DNA of 64,000 nucleotides from the human T2T-CHM13v2.0 reference genome, Homo sapiens. Below the pieces are notes generated by a model. The model was given only the letters and a program-made list of their open reading frames with translations, was not told where the DNA came from and did not search any database. The stretch lies in assembly GCF_009914755.1 (NCBI RefSeq), contig NC_060947.1; one strand, given 5' to 3'. Positions 1 through 12,000 of this stretch are shown here, in pieces; the stretch's first letter is position 1; each line of letters starts with the position of its first letter. A program made the translations under genes and the position numbers.

Positions 1-142
1 CTTTTCCAAAGGAGGCAATCAGAATAAGCTTCTATCAGAGTGAGCAGAGGGATGACTTTGAATAGAATGGGAGGCAGATTTGCCCAGCTTGAGTGTTCCC
101 TTTAGCTAGGATTTTGAGGGCACAAGATATTTTCCTTTCACA
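1..142 (-). mobile_element. MER4-family ERV1 LTR, cut by the window edge
   Basis: Ends ...gatattttcctttcaca, the reverse complement of the MER4 start TGTGAAAGGAAAATA; similar to copies at 3716-4266 and 49347-49817. Confidence 0.75.
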
Positions 143-1279
143 CTTTTATCAGTGGCCTTTAACCAGCCTATATCCTTGTCTCCATGGCCTTATAGTGACT
201 CTCACTCAGAGGATTTTAGTAATAAAATAATTATCTTTTTTCTTAGAAGCCTGTTTCTCTGTTAACTGCCACAGCGGCTGGACTTCCCTCCCCACTCCCT
301 TAGAATATGACCTTGAAGGTCTTGATGCACATTGAGAAGGGCATGGAAGTAATTCGAGAAATGGCGGCTATAGGAGGAAGTGGAAAGAAGCAAGAGGAAT
401 ACTCATGGAAAGCCTTCATGTGCTCACAAAAACAGGAGCCCTTGTATTCAAGAGGGTAATATTTATTTGCCCTCTGAACATAAAGCCGTAACCTCTGAGG
501 ACTTGGGGCCTGGGGTAAGAATTTCTCCTCCTCCCAAAGTGGTGGTGGCTTAAAAAGCAAGAGGGTGGGATTCTTGAAGGACCAGAGTGAAGCACTATGC
601 AGGCAGACAAGCCGCTTTTAAAAGCCATCAGAAAACTTAGCGCTGGGGCATAATAGGAACAAAATGCACATGATGAGTTGTAAGAAACCGGCAGCACTGG
701 AGTTCCAATTAGTGTTCTGGCCACATGCCAGCAGACAGGGGAAAGATGGAATGTCACCCGAGATAGTAAAAACAAATATAAACCTCGGGGGATATCCACA
801 AGGGAGCCTGTGCCTTTGCTGCTGCAGAAATGCAGAGAGCCATGGGCGCATGAATAATAGGGAGTGTGTGTTTTAGAAGTCATGTGGCATGCAAAGTGAA
901 AGCAAAGAAGCAGACTTTCACCCAAGGCAGAAGGTCTGGTGGGCGTGAAAAGCCATTTTAGAACACACACACAGAAAACAGAAGAATGGGTGGTATACAT
1001 TTTTGGAAAAGAGCCAATTTTAGTTGGAAAGAAAAAGCAGAGGAAATCCCAGACATTGCATGGTTTTTAGGCCTCAGCCTCACCACTCTCATAAGCCTCC
1101 TATCTAGGAGGGCCATTTAATGCTTCTGACCTACTTGGTGTGGACCCTAAGGTCCTTCCCACCCCCGCAAGCCACCCATTAGGGTGAGCTGAGAAATCAA
1201 CCACAAAAAGCAGAGTCACTTATGGAGAGAGAGAGAGACTGACAGAGAGAGAGAGATCGATTGATTGATTGATTGGGAG

Positions 1280-1775
1280 AATGTAAAGGAAGAGAACAAG
1301 AGTCTCTGCCTGGTAATCCAGGGAATTCTTCCGAATCTTAACCAAGACCAACAAGTGTTACTTCCACTAGTCTGCAAGAACCACAGTGTTATAGAGCTTG
1401 GGGCCCAAGTCCCTTAAAATACCTGTAAAGCCTTCCCCAGATTGTGAAGAGTATAATAAATTCATAACTTTTCAATGTCCAAAAATCAACCAACATCAAC
1501 AAGCATCAAGAGCAGCCAGGGAAGCATAACCTCACCAGACAAACTAAATAAGGCACCAGGGACCAATCTTGGAAAAACAGAGATGTGTGACCTTTCAGAC
1601 AGAGAAGTTGAAATAGCTGTTTTGAGGAAACTTAATGAAATTCAGGATACCACAGAGAAGGAATTCAAAATTCTATCATAAATTTAACAAAGACATTGAA
1701 AATAATTAAAAAGAATCAGGCAGAAATTTTGGAGCTGCATACTAAAGAATGCATTAATAGCAGAATTGATCACAA
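1280..1775 (+). mobile_element. Old L1 (L1M-type) 5'UTR end and ORF1 start fragment
   Basis: ORF 1475-1681 (...MCDLSDREVEIAVLRKLNEIQDTTEKEFK) resembles L1M ORF1; homologous to the minus-strand copy at 44341-44530. Confidence 0.75.
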
Positions 1776-1862
1776 GAAAAAGAAAGAGAAGAAAAGAGAA
1801 AGGAAGGAAAGAAAGAAGAAAGAAAAGAAAAGAAAAAGAAAAGAAGAAAAGAAAAGAAAAAA
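1775..1862. repeat. (GAAA)n / GA-rich simple repeat
   Basis: Pure purine tract aagaaaaagaaagagaagaaaag... Confidence 0.9.
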
Positions 1863-1942
1863 CTGCACACGGGGGTCAGATGCCTCCAACCAAAGAAGGC
1901 AAGGCATAGATATCTCTTAACATCTGAGTCACATGGCCAATA

Positions 1943-2656
1943 TGTTACCGGTGGCAAATAACCGAGTCTCATGGTACCTAATATGTTAAGGGTAACAAGT
2001 GTCCGAGTTACCATTGGTGAATCTGTATGGGTCTGCAGCAACCTCAATTCTTGCCTCCTCAGAAGAAAGAATTTGACTGAGGGGCATAAGGCAGAAAAAG
2101 AGACCAAGGCAAGTTTCAGAGCAAGAGTGGAAGTTTATTTTAAAAGGCTTTAGAACAGGATAGAAATGAAAGCATGCTTGAAAGAGACCCAAGTGGGCGA
2201 CTTGAAGGACAAGTGCACTGTTTAATCTCGATCCTAGGACTTTATAGGCTGGCCCTTTTCCCATGATGCTTCCGTTAGTGTGGGCTGCCTGCATGCAAGG
2301 TGCCCTCCTTCTCCTTAGGAAGTGAGCATGCACAGTGTATTTAGAAAGTTATATGCATGCCCATCTGAGGCTTTCTTTCCTTTTCCAGTGGAGTGCTCCC
2401 AGAAGGTCATACTCTGCTATTTTGTCTCTTAATGCATATGCCTGGGAAGTTGCTTCACCCTCTTGCCTGCATTCAATTAACACTTTAGTGCAATAGGTGT
2501 GGGCCATTAGGAAATGGCCTCTCCCTGGCACCAACTGCCAATTTTTCAATTTTAGAGAGGCAATGCAATAATTGCTAAATCATCTTCTGACAGTCCTAGT
2601 GGGTGGGGGGAGAGCCCTCTTCTGCCCCAATCATGCCTGTCTAACTCCCTGTAACA
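1943..2656 (-). mobile_element. ERV1 solo LTR (MER50-like)
   Basis: TGTTAC...GTAACA termini; the reverse complement begins TGTTACAGGGAGTTAGACAGGCATG...GAGGGCTC, recalled as MER50-like. Subfamily uncertain. Confidence 0.6.
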
Positions 2657-3028
2657 TAGGCATATCATATGCAAACTGAAGAAAGACAAAGAGAAAATAC
2701 TGAAAAACAAAACAAAACAAAACCCCTTACTTACAGAGGAACAAGGATAAGAATTACAGTGCAGAAACCATGCAAGTAAAGAAGAGAGTGGGCTGTAATA
2801 TTTAAAATATTGAAAGAAATACTACCAACCTAGACCTCTGTGATTAGTAAAATTATCTTTAAACATGAAGGAGAAATAATTTCTCAGACAAACAAGAACT
2901 GAGGATATTCATCACCAGCAGACCTGCCCTGCAAGAGATGTTAAAAAGAATTTCTTCAGGGAAAAGGTACAATAATATAGGTCAGAAATTTATAGAAAGA
3001 AAGGGCATTGGAGAAGGAATAAATGAAG
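2657..3028 (+). mobile_element. Old L1 ORF1 C-terminal fragment
   Basis: Degenerate ORF1 motifs (aaattatctttaaacatgaaggagaaat...caccagcagacctgccctgcaagagatg). Confidence 0.65.
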
Positions 3029-3076
3029 GCATGCTTGCTATTGCCCTCATCATTCTTGTCCATCTCAGTGTGCTAA

Positions 3077-3478
3077 TGAAACCACCTTTGCAAAAATTAT
3101 AGCTGATGAAATTATGACAGTGAAAGAGATCAGACCTTACCAACTCCATCTTGCTTCTAAACTTTAAGCTGTCCTTGTTCATTCCTGGGTGTAGGCCAAA
3201 CTAACCTTGGGAAGGAATTTAGTTTATAGTTTAACTCTGAAACAAAATTGATAGTAGCCCTTTCCCAGTCGGGGGCGGGGTCGGGGGGGACCTTCTTGCC
3301 TGGGGACCAGTCTGCCTTTGTAGGCCTAACAAATTAGCTACAAGATTAAAAATTATGGTTTAGGGGCCACACAGCCTCCGGCTGCAAGAGTCTGAACCTC
3401 CCCAAATTGCTCCTGGGAATAACATCACTGTTGAAAAATCTAAGGTCAGTACTTGAGATACTTTGCAGACCCTGCCTT
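3077..3478 (+). mobile_element. LTR8-family LTR, 3'-truncated
   Basis: Starts TGAAACCACCTTTGCAAAAATTAT...AACTCCATCTTGCTTCTAA...GCTGTCCTTGTTCATTCCTGGG, as in the recalled LTR8 consensus. Confidence 0.75.
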
Positions 3479-4266
3479 CCTTGTTGGAAGCAAGTAAAAC
3501 TCCAAAAAAATAAAGGAGTTGTACAGCAAACTAAACTTTAGTTCTCAACCAAATTTTGGGAGATCAGGGATTCTCTGGAGGGGGGCTTCCAGGCCTCTGC
3601 AAGTTGTCCTATTGGTTTGAGCCATAAAGATAGCTCAAGCTGGTACCAAGCACCCATAGGAGATTCGTGAAGGTCAGGGGCACCTCCACTCAGAATCCCT
3701 TTGTGGTTACCAAAATATGAACCCCAAATATCTGAGACAAGTCTCAGTCAATTGAGGAAGTTTATTTTCTCAAGGTTAAGGATGCTTCTGTGACACAGCC
3801 TCAAGAGGTCTTGACAACATGTGCCCATTGTGGTCGGGGCACAGCTTGGTTTTGTAAATTTTAGGGAGAGATGAGACATCAATTAATACATGTAAGATGC
3901 ACATTGGTTCTGTCCAGAAAGGCAGGACAACTCCAAGAGGGGAAGGGGCTTCCAGGTCAAAGAAAGATAAGAGATAAATGGTTGTATTCTTTTGAGTTTC
4001 TGATTAGCCTCTCCAAAGGAGGCAATCACATATGCATTTATCTCAGTGAGCAGAGGGGTGACTTTGAGCTCTGTCTGTCCTTTGTCCACAGGGAATTTCC
4101 TTGTGGAAAAATGGTGAGGGATGTATGTAGCTTTTTTTTTTTTAATCTTATTAACTATCTTTTTTAGGAATAGAATGGGAGGCAGATTTGCCCTAAGCAG
4201 TTCCCAGCTTTACTTTTCTCTTTGGCTTAGCGATTTTAGGATCCTGAGATTTATTTTCCTTTCACA
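3479..4266 (-). mobile_element. MER4-family 5' LTR (3716-4266) with PBS-like site and internal leader (3479-3715)
   Basis: The LTR ends ...ttcctttcaca at 4266. On the minus strand it is followed by TTTTGGTAACCACAAAGGGA, a TGG-type primer-binding-site position. Confidence 0.7.
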
Positions 4267-4463
4267 ATAGATATATACTTATAATGCACACTTTCCATAA
4301 ACCATATGTATTATTGTACAACTTGCATTTTCACTTTGTATTTTGAGTTATTTCCATTTTGGTATATATAGAGCTACTTCTTTTTGATATCATAGTAGGG
4401 TAGAATAGTACTTTATAAATTTATCATACTTAGTTTAATCCTTTCCCTATTGATGGTCATTTA

Positions 4464-5192
4464 TGTAACCGCCCGATGGGTTCTTCCTGCCAGCTGCACA
4501 AACAAAATCAATTCAAGGAGACCATGGCATTGCAGTAAAGAAAGAGGTTAATTGATGTGGTGCTGGCCACGCCAAATGGGAGATGGAGTCCTGTCTTAAC
4601 TCAATCTCCTGAAGAATTTGGGGGCTAGGGTTTTTCAAAGGTAGTTTGGGGGAAATCATGGGGGTGGCTAGGCAATGGGTACTTGGTGCTGATTGGTTGG
4701 GGGTGCAATCATAGGGGTGTGGGAAATGGTCCTCCTATGTGCTGAGTCACTTCTGGATGGGGCCTCAGGAGCAGTTGGTGGGTCGAGGTGGAGCCAGACA
4801 TGCAAGAAATCTGAAAAGATACCTCAAAAGGCCAATCTTAGGTTCTACAATAGTGATGTTATCTGCAGGAATAATTGGGGACGTTGCATATGTTGTAACC
4901 TCCAGAATAACGGCTGTCAATCCTTTATGTCTACACCTTAGCAGGACTCAGCCTGCTCCATCCTCCTAGCCTGGTGGTTTCATTATTAGCTTTACAAAGG
5001 CATTTGGTTAAGTTTTGGGGAATGGCTATTATCATTTAAACTGTAAAGTAAATGTCTCCCAAAGTTAGCTTATAAGCCCAGGAATAATTAAGGGCAGCTT
5101 GAAGGCCAAAGGCAAGACAGGTGTTAGCCAGATCAGATCTCCTTCACTGCCATAATTTTCTCATTGTTATAATTTTTGCAAAGGTGGTTTCA
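4464..5192 (-). mobile_element. LTR8A/B-like solo LTR with 4-bp TSD
   Basis: TG...CA termini; the reverse complement starts TGAAACCACCTTTGCAAAAATTAT; TTTA duplicated at 4460-4463 and 5193-5196. Confidence 0.75.
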
Positions 5193-6599
5193 TTTACATT
5201 ATTTACAATTAATTGCTATTAAAAGAAATTATGCATTTTAATATTCTTGCATATATTTACTTAAAGCATTATACTAGAGAAATAAAACTCTCACATCAGA
5301 ATCTGCAGGCCTATGTCCTTCGTATTTAAGACAATGTGTTAAAGTTTTAATACTATTAAGCTTAAAGGACAAAGCCAATAAGAACACACAAATGTTAAGA
5401 ATCATAACCTAGAGTGATTCATCAAAAAGTAGTGTGACATGCAATTGAAACTCCTGTTTCTCTTAGTATGACTAGTATCTCCTAAGTCACATATATTGGT
5501 GTGTCTGATTGAGGCATCCACAAAGGGAATACAAATGACCAGGAAAATGATCATATTTTTCTGCCTCTTTGTGCTCTATATTTTAAAATGCAGGTATTGG
5601 TACTTTTAGGAATTGCTTCACAATCTCTGTCTTCCTCTCTTGCTCCTTCCAACACTGAAAAACCATACAGAAAGCAGCTGTGGGTGGCATACTCTGGGCT
5701 AAGCCCTGGGGTTACAGGCAGCAAAGACACACCTATGAATTAGCATTGATCTGCAAACCACAGAGGGTACCATGGAATTGTCATGATTCAGTAGCCCCTC
5801 ACCTCCTTCAACCCTTGACTGACTATACCGTCTACAATGTGCTGAGAATACAGTGGGGAACAATACCAAAAGGGTACTTTCATTCAGGAAACTTCCAGTC
5901 TAACAAGTCAAACTCCCCATCGCTTGGAAGGGAGAGTAAAAAAATATATATATATTCAGAAGAAAAAAGCACATGCATGCATTAGGCAGGGTGCAAGGCT
6001 GGGAGAAAAGGAGGAGTTGAGGAGCGCAGCTGGAATCTGGGATCTGCCTCGAGGAAGTGCGCGAATAGTGGTCCCCTCTCCTCCCAGAACAGTGGAGAGG
6101 CGCCAAGACCATCCCTACCTGGTGCCATCAAAGAGAGAGGACTGTTACGACCTCCTGCGAGTCCTGACAGGGAAAGGCCCTCTTTTGGGGTCAACTGTGG
6201 GGACGGCGCAATGCCAACCTGAGCCACCATTTGAAATGAGAAAAAGCGGCGTGGCAGAAAGAAATGAGTCTGGTACAGACCAGTGGTTGGTTTCCTAGGG
6301 TTAGAGGTCTAGGTCTACCTTCTGTTAGAAGAGGGGCAGTGGTGAGGCCTTGATGGGAGCCCCCTGCCCCAGAATTCACTTAAGAGCAGGTGTACCTTCC
6401 TCCCCTGCGTGGCTCCATGAAGCTGGGAAAGAAACGCACAAGAGGACCACCCTAGAGGCCCAGGCTTGTTTGGCCTGAAATCGCCTCACCCCTCCCAGAC
6501 TGCACTGCTGACACCCCCTCTCCCATTAGCTTCCAGGAAGGAGAGTGAGAGGGCTGGGGAGAGGGAAGGGGCAGACACCCAGCAGTCCCTGGTTGGGGA

Positions 6600-7680
6600 G
6601 TTGGGGCGGGGGTGCAGACACACCAAGGGGCGGTTTGGTATCCATCCGCTGCTCCCTCCAGCGCGGCTCTTCCCAACCTCCTGATCCTGTCCCCTGCCTG
6701 GGTCCCCAGCCGCCCGCCCGTCCCTATATTATAGCAACGCCAGAAATGTGGTGGTGGTGGTCGCCACGTTAGGGTCCGCGGGGGTCCTCCTGAGGCAGCC
6801 TGGTGCCAACCCGCAGGCCCAGGCTGGGGCTCGTCATGGCCCCGCCCACCTCTGGGTCGGAACTAAGGTGGGCCTGAGAGGGGGGCGTCGAGCACTTTCG
6901 CGCCGTATCCCTCCGCCCCCCTTCCCGACACCCTCGCGGAGAGAGCGGTTCTTGCAGCATCCTGCGCAGCCCCTGCCCAGTTTGGTGCAGAGGCGTGGGG
7001 GGCGGGACGCGTCTTTGCCATTCTGATAGCGGGGAAAGCGGTGAGAATCGAAGTGAGGAGCCGCCAGAGGAGAGCTGAGGAGAGGAGGGGGAGGTCGACG
7101 ACCTGGGCCCTGGGCCTCTGAAGGCAAGTGGGGGTGCGTGAGCTTGGGGTGGTCCGCCAGGGTGGACCGGCTGGCAGCCTGCCCCGCCGACCCTGACATC
7201 CTGGCAAGGAGGAGACGATCCGGTCGGAGCCGGTCGCCGGAGAGAGGTGCGCAGTGCTCGAGACCCCTGGCGATGGGGAGGCGGTGACCGGTGCAGGCCG
7301 AGCCAGGCCAAGGGCTGAGGGGCTGGCTTGAGAGGCACCGTCAGATCGTCTGGAGGAGAACCGCGCTGACCGCCTCCAAGCCAGCTTTGCAGGCGCCGGC
7401 GCCCCGCCCTCGACGGTGTCTGTGCCCGGAAAGGGCTGTGGGGGAGCTCCTGCGGGAGAAATGGCGGAGCGGGAGCCATTGTGGGGGGCTCCCGGGAAGG
7501 CCGGGGGGAGCCGGCGTCCCAGCTCTGTGCCCAGCCCACGAGAGGTGGGCCGCGTTCGCTACTCGGGGCCCTGATTCCGGAAAGGGGCCTGTGGGACCCC
7601 GTGTCTTGGGTGCTGTCCCTTCCCACAGGCTCCAGGTGGTTGTTAAAGTCTCCTGTCTGCGTGATAGGTCTGTTGGGTTC
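6600..7680 (+). promoter_or_regulatory. BHLHB9: CpG island / promoter and first exon of BHLHB9
   Basis: Sharply GC- and CpG-rich with GC boxes (GGGCGG), 2-3 kb upstream of the CDS; candidate exon-1 donor AAG|GCAAGT at 7123/7124. Confidence 0.85.
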
Positions 7681-8781
7681 TCCAAAAGTGGAACTTTGAG
7701 TGGGTGAATTATGAAGACACTAAAATGAAATGTTTAACCGCCTTTTATAATACCGCACTGTTTTATTGCCTTACATATTTAGATCCCCACATCCAGTTTT
7801 GTGCAAGCAAATAGGGTGTGGACTTAGTCGAATTTCACAACAGTGGTCCATGTAAATAACAGGGTAGTATTTTTCCACCTTTCTTGTTCAGGATCTGTTT
7901 TCTCAACATGCTGATCCACTTTAAGTAATGTAATGATGTGTGAGAATGTGGGTTCCGAGTAGAGGGGTAATCTTTTTGAAGGGTCAATTTAGAACATTTG
8001 AAGTCAATCTGCTTCTTCAGTTTATGGTTCTGGAAACCAAAACTCCATCTCCAGCCACTCCTCACAGACCCTCTCATTTTGGTGCAGAAATAGTCCCACA
8101 GAAGAATTCATGGCATTTCTGATGGTGGATATCTGAGGAGCTATGAGAGTTGGGAGACTTTATTTACTTAGTTTCTGATTCTCAAAAAGGAGGTGTTAGA
8201 ATCCGAATTCTGGGAATCTGTCCATTAACCTGCTATTTTTCTACCATTGTTAACATAGTCTCTTGGGGTTATTTTTTGCTAGTTGCTCCGCCTTCTTTTT
8301 GTAGGGCGTGACTCTTCTTTGGTGGGAAGGATAGCATCTCCTGAGAACTCCTGCTGTATAAGCAGGCTGACATAGGTGGTGAATAAAGTAGGATCTAGGT
8401 ATGCATGGGGAAGGGGAAGGACATGCACAGATGGTATTAAAATAACAGTCTCCATTATGTTCCCTGCCTGCCTTGTAAGTACAATTGCCTATGTTCCACT
8501 ACCTATTTCTGCACCTCATTTTTTTTGGTTCAGGAAAGGAGCTGTAACTTCTATTGGGAAAATGACTGACTTCAAAGTTGGCAGGAGGTGTAATCAGGCT
8601 GCAGGTCTTGGGGTGATTAGGGAATCATTGAGGAAGAGCAGACAGGTGGGAGACATTTAACATAGCCTTGAATATTCAAAAGCATATGTTATAATCCTTG
8701 TTATAGGCATTAGATCATCTTAGTCTCTTCTGTTTTCTTTCCTCTGCCTTCCTTTCTATCCTTAGGTCTGTTTCTTTCTAG

Positions 8782-8860
8782 GTTCCTGTAGAGATCTGTA
8801 TGTAGCTGTTCACTTGGAAGTTAATTAAGAAAGAACAAAAACTATTCATTTGGATTCAAG
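8782..8860 (+). other. BHLHB9: Probable non-coding 5'UTR exon of BHLHB9
   Basis: Long polypyrimidine tract with acceptor tttctttctag| (alternative ccttag| at 8765) and donor AAG|GTAGGT at 8861. Inferred from splice signals only. Confidence 0.6.
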
Positions 8861-9647
8861 GTAGGTTTATGTGTGAGCACCCCCGTTGATTGGGGTTATG
8901 GAAAGGCTGTTGCCAAGTGGGTTAGACCAGATCATATCTTGGTGCCACTGTCTTCCATCTTTCTAGTCACCTCTGACCTCACATTTGTGTACAAGTGATG
9001 GGGTGGGGTGAGCCAGGATTATGCCTATGAGGTAATTGGTAGATATTGGGGCAGGAAATGGGAAGATAAGCCACAAGGAGTACTAGGAGGCCAGAAGTGT
9101 TATATAACCAAAGCCCTAGATTTGGAAAGGCAGAAATTGGGTTTAGAGATTAGAGTGTAGGTCTGTCAACCAAATACTCAGAACTCCAATCCCATCTGTA
9201 TTTTTGTCCATAGGCCTGCCCATGAGTTAACTATAGGGCATATCAACACTGCAAACAGGGAAGGAGGAAAAATTGCACTAGATCAGTGCAGGTTGGTGTG
9301 AGTGCTGCCTGAATACACCTATGAGGTCTAGTGGTATATATTTTAGTGGTGGACCTACTAGCATGGGTCCAAAGAGACTGGGCACTCCTTTAGCCTTTCT
9401 CACTCTCAGCAAGCTTACCTGCCATCTTTGTTCCTGTTTGATGCAGAGTAAAAGAATGACAGTGCTTGGGCAGGACATTGTTGAGCATTAGTGGCAGTGT
9501 GCAAGGTATAAAATTAAGTAGCAGAGTTTTTTATTAATCCACTTCTACACAATTCATTTCTACTCTCCTATGTCCTTCTGTGTGGCTGTTTGCATAGAGA
9601 AGCACAGTTAGACAAGACTCAAAGCCAGTTTCTTTCTTCAACCTCAG

Positions 9648-9708
9648 GTCCATCTCCACTGGTGGCTGTGGTGGCTTTGGATTGTTGGAAGACCATCACC
9701 TTCAGCAG
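9648..9708 (+). other. BHLHB9: Possible small 5'UTR exon of BHLHB9
   Basis: Acceptor tttctttcttcaacctcag| and weak donor CAG|GTCTGC; further acceptors at 9775 and 9861 precede the ATG. Confidence 0.45.
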
Positions 9709-9944
9709 GTCTGCACTTGGGAACAATCATTCTCCCCCAGCCCGAGCGTGCCTCTGCCCTCTGTATCATTGACAGAGGCTGTATGTTTGGAAAGAGAACT
9801 TTGTGACTGCAGAACTGACAGTTGACTCTAATTCTTGCTACCAAGTTTTTCCCCGACCCAGTGAAAGAGTGTTAAGACTTCGACCTAGGACACATTGAGA
9901 ACCAAGGCCAAGACTGGACAGGGCCATATAACTGGGCTTCAACC

Positions 9945-11588
9945 ATGGCTGGGACTAAGAATAAGACAAGAGCCCAGGCCAAAACTGAAAAAAAGGCTGC
10001 TATACAAGCTAAAGCTGGAGCAGAGAGGGAGGCTACTGGTGTTGTTAGGCCTGTAGCCAAGACCAGGGCCAAAGCAAAAGCCAAGACAGGGTCTAAGACA
10101 GATGCAGTAGCAGAGATGAAGGCAGTGTCTAAGAACAAGGTTGTTGCTGAGACGAAGGAAGGAGCTCTGTCAGAGCCTAAGACTCTGGGCAAAGCCATGG
10201 GAGATTTCACTCCCAAGGCTGGGAATGAGTCCACCAGCTCCACATGTAAAAATGAGGCTGGTACTGATGCCTGGTTCTGGGCTGGGGAAGAGGCCACTAT
10301 CAATTCCTGGTTCTGGAATGGAGAAGAGGCTGGTAATAGTTTCAGCACTAAGAATGATAAACCTGAAATTGGTGCCCAGGTCTGTGCTGAGGAGTTGGAA
10401 CCTGCGGCTGGGGCCGATTGCAAACCTAGGTCAGGGGCTGAGGAGGAGGAGGAAGAGAATGTTATTGGGAACTGGTTTTGGGAAGGAGATGATACTAGTT
10501 TTGACCCTAATCCTAAACCTGTGAGCAGGATAGTTAAGCCTCAGCCTGTGTATGAAATTAATGAAAAAAATAGGCCCAAGGACTGGTCTGAGGTAACTAT
10601 CTGGCCCAATGCCCCTGCTGTAACTCCAGCTGTGTTAGGATTTAGATCCCAGGCACCATCTGAGGCAAGCCCTCCTTCATATATTGTTCTGGCCTCCGCT
10701 GAAGAAAATGCCTGTTCTTTGCCTGTGGCAACAGCTTGCCGCCCTTCTAGGAACACTCGCTCATGCTCACAGCCTATCCCTGAGTGTCGTTTTGATTCTG
10801 ACCCCTGCATCCAGACCATAGATGAGATTAGACGTCAAATCAGGATCAGGGAGGTAAATGGGATTAAGCCATTTGCTTGTCCTTGCAAAATGGAATGCTA
10901 TATGGATTCTGAGGAATTTGAAAAACTTGTTAGCTTACTTAAGTCAACTACTGATCCTCTTATTCATAAAATAGCACGGATTGCAATGGGTGTCCATAAT
11001 GTTCACCCATTTGCCCAAGAGTTTATTAACGAAGTAGGTGTAGTGACACTTATTGAAAGCTTGCTCAGTTTTCCTTCCCCTGAAATGAGAAAAAAGACTG
11101 TAATTACTCTGAATCCTCCTTCTGGGGATGAAAGACAACGCAAAATTGAATTACATGTTAAGCATATGTGTAAAGAAACCATGTCATTTCCTTTGAACTC
11201 ACCGGGACAGCAATCTGGATTAAAGATACTAGGACAACTGACTACTGATTTTGTCCATCACTACATTGTTGCCAATTACTTTTCAGAGCTTTTCCATTTG
11301 CTGTCCTCAGGAAATTGCAAAACCAGAAATCTTGTTTTGAAACTACTTTTAAATATGTCTGAAAATCCAACTGCAGCCAGAGACATGATCAATATGAAGG
11401 CATTGGCAGCATTAAAACTCATCTTTAACCAGAAAGAGGCAAAAGCCAATCTTGTTAGTGGTGTGGCCATATTTATTAACATAAAGGAGCATATCAGAAA
11501 AGGCTCAATTGTAGTTGTTGATCACTTGAGTTATAATACACTCATGGCCATTTTCAGGGAAGTTAAAGAGATTATTGAAACAATGTAA
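9945..11588 (+). CDS. BHLHB9: BHLHB9 / GPRASP3 (p60TRP), GASP/ARMCX-family protein, 547 aa, single coding exon
   Basis: Uninterrupted 547-aa ORF with Kozak ACCATGG; K/A-rich N-terminus MAGTKNKTRAQAK; three GASP WFW motifs; C-terminal armadillo-like region (PLNSPGQQSGLKILGQLT...LLLNMSENP). Confidence 0.96.
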   Translation: MAGTKNKTRAQAKTEKKAAIQAKAGAEREATGVVRPVAKTRAKAKAKTGSKTDAVAEMKAVSKNKVVAETKEGALSEPKTLGKAMGDFTPKAGNESTSSTCKNEAGTDAWFWAGEEATINSWFWNGEEAGNSFSTKNDKPEIGAQVCAEELEPAAGADCKPRSGAEEEEEENVIGNWFWEGDDTSFDPNPKPVSRIVKPQPVYEINEKNRPKDWSEVTIWPNAPAVTPAVLGFRSQAPSEASPPSYIVLASAEENACSLPVATACRPSRNTRSCSQPIPECRFDSDPCIQTIDEIRRQIRIREVNGIKPFACPCKMECYMDSEEFEKLVSLLKSTTDPLIHKIARIAMGVHNVHPFAQEFINEVGVVTLIESLLSFPSPEMRKKTVITLNPPSGDERQRKIELHVKHMCKETMSFPLNSPGQQSGLKILGQLTTDFVHHYIVANYFSELFHLLSSGNCKTRNLVLKLLLNMSENPTAARDMINMKALAALKLIFNQKEAKANLVSGVAIFINIKEHIRKGSIVVVDHLSYNTLMAIFREVKEIIETM

Positions 11589-11923
11589 AATGAGCCAGAG
11601 ATAGAACATTTTAAGCCATCTTCAAACTCTAGCAGGCTGTACATTACAGTGTACACATTATACACTGCATCTTTAACACAGAGTCACCTGTGACAGGCTC
11701 TAGGTTTGAGCTAGACTATTTTGGGGGTATCAAATGAATATTATACCTTGGGCTGAAAATGTTTGATTTTTATCTTGTCTAGATTGGCATATTTTTAACA
11801 TTTTACTTAAGATAGCAAACCAGTTCGTTTTAAGTAAGCTAACTTGTTCATTAGTATCTGTGGCTTAAAATGGCAAAAAAGAAAATATCCTTGAGTTTGT
11901 AATCTAGTTACAGAAGTAAGGCA

Positions 11924-12000
11924 TACACACACACAAAGATAACAGTACCTAGAGAGAGAGTGTGTGTGAGTGTGCGTGTCTCTGTGTGTGCACGTGCACG
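11924..12000. repeat. Mixed (CA)/(GA)/(TG) microsatellite in the 3'UTR
   Basis: acacacacaca...agagagagagtgtgtgtgagtgtgcgtg... Confidence 0.75.

Noticed and set aside
300-1200. 194-aa and smaller ORFs next to the first LTR
   Set aside because: No recognisable homology; probably degenerate ERV internal sequence that I could not assign.
1696-1920. Lys/Arg/Glu-rich ORF
   Set aside because: Translation of the (GAAA)n tract.
6769-7707. 285-aa and other overlapping ORFs in the CpG island
   Set aside because: Stop-codon depletion from high GC; Pro/Arg/Gly-rich low-complexity translations.
9872-10423. 183-aa antisense ORF overlapping BHLHB9
   Set aside because: Shadow of the Ala/Lys-rich sense codons; no homology or independent signals.
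11988-11999. 12-bp palindrome GTGCACGTGCAC with an E-box in the 3'UTR
   Set aside because: Arises readily at the edge of a TG/CA microsatellite.
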